Shown here piece after piece: positions 1 to 7,750 of a stretch of DNA of 64,000 nt (positions are counted from its first letter, which is position 1; every line of letters begins with the position of its first letter). A model generated the notes under the pieces. The model did not search any database, was not told the origin of the DNA, and worked only from the letters and a program-made list of their open reading frames with translations. The stretch covers positions 2,112,001 to 2,176,000 of the forward strand of contig OZ245056.1 in NCBI GenBank assembly GCA_965224705.1. Reading direction: 5' to 3'. The position numbers were made by a program, and so were the translations under genes. This stretch comes from Spirochaetaceae bacterium. Its GTDB lineage: Bacteria; Spirochaetota; Spirochaetia; DSM-2461.

Positions 1-137
1 CCATTCAAGATAAACGCCGCGAACGTCGGCTTGATCGACATTAATACAGCTTTTTGTTTATGTATTACATCCCCTGAAGCCTGATTCGGGACATCACGAT
101 CAGCTGATAGCTCCCTCAATTCTCTCTCTCCTTCCAT
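1..137 (-). CDS. ASCH-domain-like protein, N-terminal part (truncated by window edge)
   Basis: ATG at 137 reads MEGERELRE...KAVLMSIKPTFAAFILNG, resembling the ASCH N-terminal motif (LSIKPxxAxxILxG). Follows the DUF669 stop directly. Confidence 0.55.
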   Translation of the reverse strand, partial: MEGERELRELSADRDVPNQASGDVIHKQKAVLMSIKPTFAAFILN

Positions 138-611
138 CTAAAAAATTGGGAAATCATCTTCAAAAGATGAGTGGCTTTTTGCAGCATCTACGGATATTCC
201 AGATTTGTTTGAGCTCGTAATTAAACTCTCAAAATATATTTGATCAAATTCATCCTTTGTCCTTTTGTTGACGTTTAACTTAAGATCAAGCAGCCTATCG
301 AGGCTGTCCGGGAGATCTGAGAGCTTACTTAAATGGAGCTGGCACACGCTTAAATCTTTCTTAACATATGGGATGCTTTTTTCTGTGAAGACACTGTTTT
401 TCCATAGTAATCTTCCGGCAAATTTTGGCCCTAAAATTTTTAAGGTCCAGACAAGCATCGTATTCCCCGCTTGAGAATCTTTAAGCTCCACCCGGTCAAC
501 CATTACCTGATATTTTCCGTCCGGGACACTTTCATACTCATCCGATGCTTCCTGTGCGTTTCCATATACCTCGTTAAATTTTTCAAGATCATTTGAATAA
601 ATTGAGCTCAT
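138..611 (-). CDS. DUF669-like phage protein (putative SSB)
   Basis: YESVPDGKYQV...SQAGNTML motif, acidic C-terminal tail EDDFPIF, located downstream of the AAA_24 ATPase. Confidence 0.75.
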   Translation of the reverse strand: MSSIYSNDLEKFNEVYGNAQEASDEYESVPDGKYQVMVDRVELKDSQAGNTMLVWTLKILGPKFAGRLLWKNSVFTEKSIPYVKKDLSVCQLHLSKLSDLPDSLDRLLDLKLNVNKRTKDEFDQIYFESLITSSNKSGISVDAAKSHSSFEDDFPIF

Positions 612-1324
612 TTTTTTATTCCTTTTGCCTGGTTCTCAAAGGCCTCGATGAAATACCGGTAATTCAATGGTACGGTTTCGGGCAGTCGGCCTGTCCGATC
701 TCCGGCATCGTATAGATCGGAGGGCCGCGTCCTCATGACACGGCGGCAGACCTCTTTCTGAGTTGTTTCGTCCTGGCAATATTCCAGATCGCAATACAGC
801 ATTATGTCGACGAGCCCGGTCACCATCTGCCGTGCTTTTTCCGGTAAGGTCGGTACAATCCGGGTCTTTTTTCCTGTTCTTGTTTCTATTTCTTTTTCCT
901 GTGAATGACTGATTAAGACTATTCCATATGGTAATTGTGCGAGCTTTGTCAGTACTCTTTGAAACTCATTATTGACAAGCGCAAACCCTTTCCCATAGGA
1001 CAGATCAGACTCGTGATCAACTCCTGCTTTCTTACAGGTGTGTTCCGCACACATTTTATACGCCAGATCGATTGTATCGATAACAATGGTGGAAAATTCG
1101 TGGCTGCCTCTGGCTATTTCCGCCCCGGCATCCAGAAAATCCCCCCAGTTTCGGATAGGGACTTGATAGGCCTCGATTGAATTCAACCCGGGTTCGGTTG
1201 CCAGAAACAGGGCATTTTCCGCCCCGGCACACCAGGTTGATTTGCCAATTTTCCCCGGTCCATAGACGAGAAGGGAAAACTCTGATAAGCTTTTCTTAGG
1301 AGCTGTCTTGTTTGTTGGTAACAT
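608..1324 (-). CDS. AAA_24 / Sak4-like phage ATPase (single-strand annealing)
   Basis: Walker A YGPGKIGKST, Walker B IVIDTID, ISH motif. Lies between a nuclease and DUF669. Confidence 0.85.
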   Translation of the reverse strand: MLPTNKTAPKKSLSEFSLLVYGPGKIGKSTWCAGAENALFLATEPGLNSIEAYQVPIRNWGDFLDAGAEIARGSHEFSTIVIDTIDLAYKMCAEHTCKKAGVDHESDLSYGKGFALVNNEFQRVLTKLAQLPYGIVLISHSQEKEIETRTGKKTRIVPTLPEKARQMVTGLVDIMLYCDLEYCQDETTQKEVCRRVMRTRPSDLYDAGDRTGRLPETVPLNYRYFIEAFENQAKGIKK

Positions 1325-1333
1325 GGTACCTCC

Positions 1334-2356
1334 TTAAAATATTTCCGGGACAGACTGCGTGCTGTCTCGGAGTTCTTCATTTGGTTCAACCACCTTGTAG
1401 TGATTCTCGATGACAAGCGGATTCTCTCCGCTTCTGCAAATCTGGAAATAGGCGCATGGCCGTCCATAGTTGAAGCACTGACTGGTGTTGCGGTAGAATA
1501 TCCCCCGCCGCTTTGCGCCAAGATAGCTTTGGGACAGTTCCCAGATCTCATGCAGGAGGTCTGCGAACTGGTCGTGCGAGATGTAAAGCCTTTCACGGTG
1601 GAACATGCCGGGCTGTGCGTATTTTTCATTGAGTCGCTTCGCGAAATCTTCGTCAGTCTCCGGCATCTTGCGCTTAGCGGTGCTTTTCCCCGTCTTAGAT
1701 CTGGCAATCAGCTCGGCCCTTCTGACCTGGAACTCCTCTTCCGTTTCGCCTGCCGACTGCTTCAGCCGGGCCTTGGCCAGGATGTTATAGAGGACCCCGG
1801 AGATTTTTATCCCCATAGTCTTTTCTATATAGTGGGAATAGAGGATGATCTGGGTGTCCATCCAGAGCCGTTCCAGATAGCCCGAGTCGATGACAGAAGC
1901 CGTCTTATGTTCGAGTACCCAGTACTCACCGTCAATCCTGACAATACCGTCAACCTTGCCTGCCAGATCGAATGATCGTGAACTCGCCCCTGTTTCCGGG
2001 TTAAAGATCTTCCCCTTGAAAACCTTTTCCAGTACAGCGACCTCAAAATCTTCGACAGGGCCATAAACACGCATATATCCCTGCATCATTGCCCTGGCCA
2101 GGTGCCAGTCGGATTTCAGACTGCTGTCGATTTCTCCCGTGTCTCCCGCGCAGGCCGCACCGATATGGCGGAAAACGCGGGCCGCGGATTGCGTGCGGTG
2201 CCAGATCTTCAGACACTCGTGTATCAGCGACCCGAACCTGAGAGGATGTGCCTCTTCAAGCGGCTTCAGATTCCGCTCGTACCGCAATTCGCATGCCTTC
2301 CGGCAATCCCGAAAACTCTTCCACATGGAATAGGTTGTGACTTTCTTTTCCATCAT
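1334..2356 (-). CDS. PD-(D/E)XK nuclease (Cas4/RecB-like phage exonuclease)
   Basis: G(K)VDG...LEHKT catalytic motif, QxxxY, one N-terminal Cys plus three C-terminal Cys (Fe-S staple). Confidence 0.85.
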   Translation of the reverse strand: MMEKKVTTYSMWKSFRDCRKACELRYERNLKPLEEAHPLRFGSLIHECLKIWHRTQSAARVFRHIGAACAGDTGEIDSSLKSDWHLARAMMQGYMRVYGPVEDFEVAVLEKVFKGKIFNPETGASSRSFDLAGKVDGIVRIDGEYWVLEHKTASVIDSGYLERLWMDTQIILYSHYIEKTMGIKISGVLYNILAKARLKQSAGETEEEFQVRRAELIARSKTGKSTAKRKMPETDEDFAKRLNEKYAQPGMFHRERLYISHDQFADLLHEIWELSQSYLGAKRRGIFYRNTSQCFNYGRPCAYFQICRSGENPLVIENHYKVVEPNEELRDSTQSVPEIF

Positions 2357-2466
2357 TTATATCTCCTTCTCGCGGCGATTTTCGCCAGCCATTTCCACTT
2401 AACCCGTTCTGCCATAGCCTTTATTGTTGTCCACCTGTTCCGTTTTCTGATGTCTCTTTTTGTCAT
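2353..2466 (-). CDS. 37-aa basic peptide MTKRDIRKRNRWTTIKAMAERVKWKWLAKIAARRRYK
   Basis: Below the ORF-track cutoff. ATGA overlaps with the upstream xis-like stop and the downstream nuclease start; fills the gap exactly. Confidence 0.6.
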   Translation of the reverse strand: MTKRDIRKRNRWTTIKAMAERVKWKWLAKIAARRRYK

Positions 2467-2657
2467 TTTGTTGTTTCTGCGGCTTTATCGTTAATCCACT
2501 GCTGCAGGGCTTCTTCGTAGATGATAATGCGTCTTCCCAATCTGACGTGCGGGAGCCCATTGCTCCGTACCTGACGGAGTGTATGCGATGTGGATATCCG
2601 CAGGAGCTCGGCAACCTCTTCAACGGTGAGTGCCCGTCCGGTATGCGAATAGTTCAT
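2463..2657 (-). CDS. Excisionase-like HTH_17 DNA-binding protein
   Basis: LTVEEVAELLRIS...LPHVRLGRRIII pattern. Confidence 0.8.
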   Translation of the reverse strand: MNYSHTGRALTVEEVAELLRISTSHTLRQVRSNGLPHVRLGRRIIIYEEALQQWINDKAAETTK

Positions 2658-4585
2658 ACCGTGCCTCCTGTGTCCACCGCCGTCCAGGTGATTCCATCAG
2701 CGCTGGTCAATATGGTGCCGGAGGCACCGGTTACCACCCACAGGCCATCGGCATAGCGCACATCATTGAGGTCCTTTCTTGTCCCGCTGTCCCGCTGAGT
2801 CCAGTCAATGCCGTCGGAGCTGGTCAGAATAATGCCGCAGTAACCTACGGCCACCCACAGGTTATTGCCGTGGTACGCAAGATGGATGTGCTTTTCCGTC
2901 CCCTCGGTGTCCTGCTCCGCCCAGGTGATGCCATCGGTACTGGTCAGGATGGCGCCGTTTGTGCCGGTTACCACCCACAGGCCATTGGCGTGATGCACTT
3001 CATAGAGGGTCTCTGCTGTCCCGGTATCTCTTTGTGTCCAGTCAATGCCATTGTAGCTAGTCAGGATGATGCCGTAGTAACCCGCGATCACCCAAAGATC
3101 ATCGGCGTGGTGCACATCAATGAGGTTCTCCTTCATCCCGATTGAGCTAATGACGGCGGGATTGGCCCGCTGCGTCCAGTCAATCCCATCGGTACTGGTC
3201 AGGAGGGTACCGGAGGAACCCACAACTACCCACAGGCCATCGGCATGATGCACTTCATAGAGGTACTCCGCCGTCCCGGTGTTTTGCTCCATCCAGCTGA
3301 TGCCATCGGTGCTGGTCAATATGGTACCGGAGGTACCCACAGCCACCCACAGCCCATTGGCGTAGCGAGCATCACGGAGGTACGCTGTCGTCCCACTGGT
3401 CCGTGCCGTCCAGCTGGTGCCATCGGTGCTGGTCAAAAGGGTGCCGTAGGAACCCACAACCACCCACAGGCCATTGCCGTAGCGAGCTTCATAGAGGTAC
3501 GCCTCCGTCCCGCTGTCTCGAACCGTCCAGGTGATTCCATCAGGGCTGGTCAGGAGGGTACCGGAGTCACCCGCAACCACCCACAGCCCATTGGCGTGGC
3601 GCACTTCATAGAGGTTCTGCGCCGTCCCGCTAACCCGCACCGTCCAGCTGATACCATCATTGCTGGTCAATATAGTGCCGGAGTAACCCACAATCACCCA
3701 CAGCCCATTGGCGTGGCGCGCATCCCAAAGGGTCACCGTTGTCCCGCTGGCCCGCGCCGTCCAGCTGGTGCCATCGGTGCTGGTCAGAATAATGCCGCAG
3801 TAACCTACGGACACCCACAGGTTATTGCCGTGGTACGCAAGATGGATGTGCTTTTCCGTCCCCTCGGTGTCCTGCTCCGCCCAGGTGATGCCATCGGTAC
3901 TGGTCAGGATGGCGCCGTTTGTGCCGGTTACCACCCACAGGCCATTGGCGTGATGCACTTCATAGAGGGTCTCTGCTGTCCCGGTATCTCTTTGTGTCCA
4001 GTCAATGCCATTGTAGCTAGTCAGGATGATGCCGTAGTAACCCGCGATCACCCAAAGATCATCGGCGTGGTGCACATCAATGAGGTTCTCCTTCATCCCG
4101 ATTGAGCTAATGACGGCGGGATTGGCCCGCTGCGTCCAGTCAATCCCATCGGTACTGGTCAGGAGGGTACCGGAGGAACCCACAACTACCCACAGGCCAT
4201 CGGCATGATGCACTTCATAGAGGTACTCCGCCGTCCCGGTGTTTTGCTCCATCCAGCTGATGCCATCGGTGCTGGTCAATATGGTGCCGACACTACCCAC
4301 AGTCACCCACAGGCCATTGGCGTAGCGCACATTAGTGAAGGCCGCCGTCGTTCCGCTGTACCGTGCCGTCCAGCTGATTCCATCAGGGCTGGTCAGGAGG
4401 GTACCGGAGTAACCCACAGCCACCCACAGGCCATCGGCATAATGCACATCATAGAGGTATTCCGTCGTTCCGCTGTTCCGCTGCATCCAGCTGATGCCAT
4501 CGGTGCTGGTCAATATGGTGCCGACACCACCCAAGACCACCCACAGCCCATTGCCGTAACGGGCATTACTGAGGTTCCTTAACAT
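2654..4585 (-). CDS. Beta-propeller repeat protein (~40-aa BNR/Asp-box-like repeats)
   Basis: About 15-16 repeats of ANGLWVxVGxxGTILTSxDGIxWTxRxSGT. No signal peptide. Overlaps both neighbours. Confidence 0.8.
   Translation of the reverse strand: MLRNLSNARYGNGLWVVLGGVGTILTSTDGISWMQRNSGTTEYLYDVHYADGLWVAVGYSGTLLTSPDGISWTARYSGTTAAFTNVRYANGLWVTVGSVGTILTSTDGISWMEQNTGTAEYLYEVHHADGLWVVVGSSGTLLTSTDGIDWTQRANPAVISSIGMKENLIDVHHADDLWVIAGYYGIILTSYNGIDWTQRDTGTAETLYEVHHANGLWVVTGTNGAILTSTDGITWAEQDTEGTEKHIHLAYHGNNLWVSVGYCGIILTSTDGTSWTARASGTTVTLWDARHANGLWVIVGYSGTILTSNDGISWTVRVSGTAQNLYEVRHANGLWVVAGDSGTLLTSPDGITWTVRDSGTEAYLYEARYGNGLWVVVGSYGTLLTSTDGTSWTARTSGTTAYLRDARYANGLWVAVGTSGTILTSTDGISWMEQNTGTAEYLYEVHHADGLWVVVGSSGTLLTSTDGIDWTQRANPAVISSIGMKENLIDVHHADDLWVIAGYYGIILTSYNGIDWTQRDTGTAETLYEVHHANGLWVVTGTNGAILTSTDGITWAEQDTEGTEKHIHLAYHGNNLWVAVGYCGIILTSSDGIDWTQRDSGTRKDLNDVRYADGLWVVTGASGTILTSADGITWTAVDTGGTV
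2821..4285. repeat. Near-exact ~505-bp internal duplication (2821-3325 vs 3781-4285, 960-bp offset) on a 120-bp repeat background
   Basis: Sequence lines repeat in register; one mismatch seen (2851 vs 3811). Confidence 0.9.
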
Positions 4586-4808
4586 CGCACTCCCCCTTTT
4601 CGTAAGCCTGTTCGAGTTCCGACCAATTTGCGAATCCGATATACAGGGCGATATCCCGGCGGATTCTCGGTGATTGGCGGACGCCTGCGATCACCCGTTC
4701 AACGGTCGTCTTTCCGTAATCGCTGTTGTTGGCGAAAGATGTAATCGATTCGCCTTTTCTTGCCATGTGCTGCGCGATGTATGCCCGTAGATCTTTCTTT
4801 TTTTCCAT
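4566..4808 (-). CDS. Cro/Ner-like small HTH regulator
   Basis: 80 aa with HTH-like SITSFANNSDYGKTTVERVIAG; AGGAG RBS; first gene after the RNA motif, divergent from the repressor. Confidence 0.65.
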   Translation of the reverse strand: MEKKKDLRAYIAQHMARKGESITSFANNSDYGKTTVERVIAGVRQSPRIRRDIALYIGFANWSELEQAYEKGECDVKEPQ

Positions 4809-4820
4809 GCATTTCTCCTC

Positions 4821-5133
4821 TTAGAAAATCCCGCCTGAGGCTCAATGCCTCAGACGGGGTGGAAATTCCATTTTTAAGATGGCCACCTTTAACTTCTTTT
4901 CGCATAACTACTTCTATACCCCCGCCATTTAGGGGGTTTCAGGGCTATTCCATTTTTTTCATACCTCGGTCGCGTACCCTGACTCTCGGGACCGCATTTA
5001 CCCTGCCTCCTACTCACAACCCCTTTCCGGTACCCATACTCGTCGTACGCCCGAGTATGGCCCGGCCATCGGCGCTTTCTATCAGGCAGGGGGTTAACAG
5101 ACACCTTTAAGGCTGCCTGTTTTTCTTGCTTCT
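4821..5133 (-). ncRNA. Putative structured RNA motif, copy A
   Basis: Multiple hairpins with compensatory changes versus copies B and C. G-U pairs favour the minus strand. Ends in hairpin + ATTTTCT. Confidence 0.6.
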
Positions 5134-5655
5134 CTAATCTCCTCCTTCTTTTCCTTTAATGAACGCAACCCAGATTGTCGTGCGTGTCGTCTTATGGCCG
5201 AACAAAGGGGATTCAGGGGTCAGTTTCAGGATCTGTGACACGGGAATTTCCTTTGTGGACCATTTTAGAATTAACACACCGTATGGTTTTAAGACGCGGA
5301 AACACTCGGCAAAGCCGCGTGTCAGAACAGTGCGCCAGTTATCGCCCAGAGTGCCGTACTTCCTGGCTGTCCAGCCGTTTATTCCATTTCGGCGGTGATA
5401 ATGCGGGGGGTCAAACACAACAAGCCGGAAGGTTTCATCTGTGAACGGAAGTTCTGTGAAATCGCCAGCGATATCCGGGTCGATTAACAGTTCGCGAAAG
5501 CCGTCTTTGCTGCTCCTGTCCTTGAGGGTGCATCGCTCTCTCCGCTTATCCAGGAAGATTGCCCTTTCATCTGTTTTGTTGAACCAGAACATTCTTGATC
5601 CGCAGCAGGTATCGAGTACTGGCGGAAGAACGCTGGGCAATCTGTCCTTTTTCAT
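5134..5655 (-). CDS. Small phage-type SAM-dependent (amino) DNA methyltransferase, copy 1
   Basis: VLDTCCGSRMFW SAM motif and FDPPH catalytic motif. Confidence 0.85.
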   Translation of the reverse strand: MKKDRLPSVLPPVLDTCCGSRMFWFNKTDERAIFLDKRRERCTLKDRSSKDGFRELLIDPDIAGDFTELPFTDETFRLVVFDPPHYHRRNGINGWTARKYGTLGDNWRTVLTRGFAECFRVLKPYGVLILKWSTKEIPVSQILKLTPESPLFGHKTTRTTIWVAFIKGKEGGD

Positions 5656-5717
5656 ACTTTCCCTATCCCTTTCATGCCGATATAATAGGCATAACCTCTA
5701 TTAGAGGGCGTGTAGAT

Positions 5718-5758
5718 AATGTAACAACACAAGCATTTATTGTCAATGAGTTTGTTGT
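5718..5758 (-). promoter_or_regulatory. Leftward sigma70-type promoter (TTGACA-17-TACATT) overlapped by two inverted operator-like sites, type 1
   Basis: tgtcaa at 5741-5746. ACAACACAAGCATT (5724-5737) and AATGAGTTTGTTGT (5745-5758) are imperfect inverted copies of each other. Confidence 0.6.
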
Positions 5759-5780
5759 TATTTTTTGGAGTTTATTGGCT

Positions 5781-6461
5781 TTGAATAGTTATTTATCTAG
5801 AATAAAAAGAATTATCGAAGAAAAAAAAATTACTGAAACTGCATTTGCCAAGGCTATCGGATCACATCAAGCAACAATTAATGCAATGTTTCAGCGTGGT
5901 ACAAACCCTCGTTCAGACTTATTAGAAGCGATATCAAAGACATTTACAGTTTCAGAGAAATGGCTCTTAACCGGCGAAGGCCCCATGTACCAGGACGAGC
6001 CGGGCTTCCCAAAGCCGCAGAGCATCCAGCATCTCAACGGGCATATAACGGACAACCCTGATGAGGAGGGGGCCTTTGTGGTGCCGATGCTGGAGCAGTC
6101 TGTTTCGGCAGGGAAGGGGAGCCATCTGGAGGATGATGATAACATCGCCGGATATGTTGCCCTGCCGCCGGCCATCACGGCTCATGGAGCTGCACTGGCG
6201 GCTCTCCCTGTTCGGGGTGATTCAATGTATCCGACAATTGATAATGGTGATATGGTGGTATGCGACGGGGGCGGTTATGATGGGGAAGGTATCTACGTCC
6301 TTCGCATGGATGGGGAAGCTCTCGTAAAGCGGCTGGCTAAGCGGCCCGGCGGTGTTATGGTTATCTCAGACAACGGCAGCTACCCGGATTTCGAGGTGTC
6401 CAGGGATACTCCGCTTGATGTTATTGGAAGGATTCGGGCGGTTGTGAAGGTGGTGAAGTGA
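5781..6461 (+). CDS. CI/LexA-like repressor (HTH + peptidase S24), allele 1
   Basis: Likely TTG start after GGAG. HTH ...WLLTGEG; VSAG cleavage site; GDSM Ser; VKR Lys. Confidence 0.9.
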   Translation: MNSYLSRIKRIIEEKKITETAFAKAIGSHQATINAMFQRGTNPRSDLLEAISKTFTVSEKWLLTGEGPMYQDEPGFPKPQSIQHLNGHITDNPDEEGAFVVPMLEQSVSAGKGSHLEDDDNIAGYVALPPAITAHGAALAALPVRGDSMYPTIDNGDMVVCDGGGYDGEGIYVLRMDGEALVKRLAKRPGGVMVISDNGSYPDFEVSRDTPLDVIGRIRAVVKVVK

Positions 6462-6574
6462 TATGAAATAGAAAAGATTCTGAGGTGATGGATGAGAGAA
6501 AATAGATTGAGCTATAGAATTCTATTGCTGCAGCTCATATAAACAATGGGCAGCTAAGCTGCGAGGAAGGAGAA

Positions 6575-6832
6575 ATGGAAAAAAGAAATTCGGGAGTAGA
6601 TCAGGAAATAGTAGAAGAAATCTCAAAATGCAAAACAAGGGAAGCACTACACTCTGTCTTTGAGGTACGCGGCCTTAATGATGTTAGGGAGAAAAGACTT
6701 TATCTCAAGGCCTGCACTGGTGAGATCGCAACATATTATGAAGATGGCTCTGATGATTTGACTGATGATCAACGATACCTTGATGATGAGTTTATGTTTC
6801 TAGACGGAACCTGGAGAGCACTTTCTCAATGA
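6575..6832 (+). CDS. Hypothetical 85-aa acidic protein, copy 1
   Basis: Strong AAGGAG RBS; ATGA overlap with the next gene. Confidence 0.75.
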   Translation: MEKRNSGVDQEIVEEISKCKTREALHSVFEVRGLNDVREKRLYLKACTGEIATYYEDGSDDLTDDQRYLDDEFMFLDGTWRALSQ

Positions 6833-7398
6833 GTTATGATAAGATACGTAAATCTATCAATGAAATTATAGCTGGTAAACATAGTGGCAAAGATCTTTCA
6901 GCGGATCAGATCAAGAACTTCATTAATGCATTTAAATCACTACTCGCTCCAGCATTAAAAGATTCAATATTTGCACACTATAAACATGCCATAGAATATC
7001 TCGTTCGGGAACATGAACAAACTCAAAGACCTATTTTGTATACAGAAGGACACATCCCATCTTCTAAGAGAGCTATTGCCAAATATTTGCGAGGCGGATA
7101 TGTAATAGCGACAAGTAAGGATTTAGATGTCAGAGAAAGACGTATTCAGCTTGGCCATGAACTGGGGCACATTCTTATAAATAATATCAACAACACCATC
7201 TACAAGACTGAAAATCTTTCTGGTTTTCCTGACAATAAATCAAGAGAATTCATGGCAAGTCTTATAAGTTTGTCAATGCATATAACCCAGAGTGACTTTT
7301 ACAAAGGAGAAACGTGTAAGAAATATCAGTATGATGAAACTCAACTATCAGAGCTTGCTGAGGAAATTATAGGTCTGGCCAGATCGGTTTTGAAGTGA
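6829..7398 (+). CDS. ImmA/IrrE-like HExxH metallopeptidase, copy 1
   Basis: RERRIQLGHELGH motif and downstream E (SREFMA). Confidence 0.75.
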   Translation: MSYDKIRKSINEIIAGKHSGKDLSADQIKNFINAFKSLLAPALKDSIFAHYKHAIEYLVREHEQTQRPILYTEGHIPSSKRAIAKYLRGGYVIATSKDLDVRERRIQLGHELGHILINNINNTIYKTENLSGFPDNKSREFMASLISLSMHITQSDFYKGETCKKYQYDETQLSELAEEIIGLARSVLK

Positions 7399-7436
7399 GT
7401 AAATCAGGATTCTCGTTTCTCTCTATTGCTTACTCC

Positions 7437-7750
7437 TTAGAAAATCCCGCCTGAGACTTAAATGGCTCAGACGGGGCGGAAATTTCATTTTGAGACGGCC
7501 ATCTCTAACTCTTTGTCCTCATAACTATTTTTATACCCCCGCCATTTAGGGGGTTTCAGGGCTATTCCATTTTTTTCATACCTCGGTCGCGTACCCTGAC
7601 TCTCGGGACCGCATTTACCCTGCCTCCTACTCACAACCCCTTTCCGGTACCCATACTCGTCGTACGCCCGAGTATGGCCCGGCCATCGGCGCTTTCTATC
7701 AGGCAGGGGGTTAACAGACACCTTTAAGGCTGCCTGTTTTTCTTGCTTCT
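7437..7750 (-). ncRNA. Putative structured RNA motif, copy B (C/A hybrid)
   Basis: 7437-7592 matches copy C; 7532-7750 matches copy A. Confidence 0.6.

Noticed and set aside
1334..2356. Cas4-like gene as a sign of a CRISPR system
   Set aside because: No other cas genes and no repeat-spacer array seen; the context is a phage recombination module.
2630..4582. Plus-strand ORFs 2630-3145, 3245-4105 and 4205-4582, and the 120-bp repeats as a CRISPR-like array
   Set aside because: These are antisense shadows of the coding repeat; there are no unique spacers.
4960..5100. Motif as a twister/hammerhead ribozyme or lysine/T-box riboswitch
   Set aside because: Only isolated submotifs (GGTCCC, AGTA/GAA) are present; order and conserved cores do not match by eye.
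4889..5104. 71-aa ORF (and 78-aa copy at 7485-7721) as a protein gene
   Set aside because: It lies over the structured motif, the C-termini differ between copies, and copy C has indels that keep the stems but not the peptide.
5595..5780. Long N-terminal extensions of the repressors in the ORF track (5595, 8212)
   Set aside because: They overlap the MTase gene and promoter. A TTG with a GGAG RBS at 5781/8398 is positionally conserved in unit 3 (10485).
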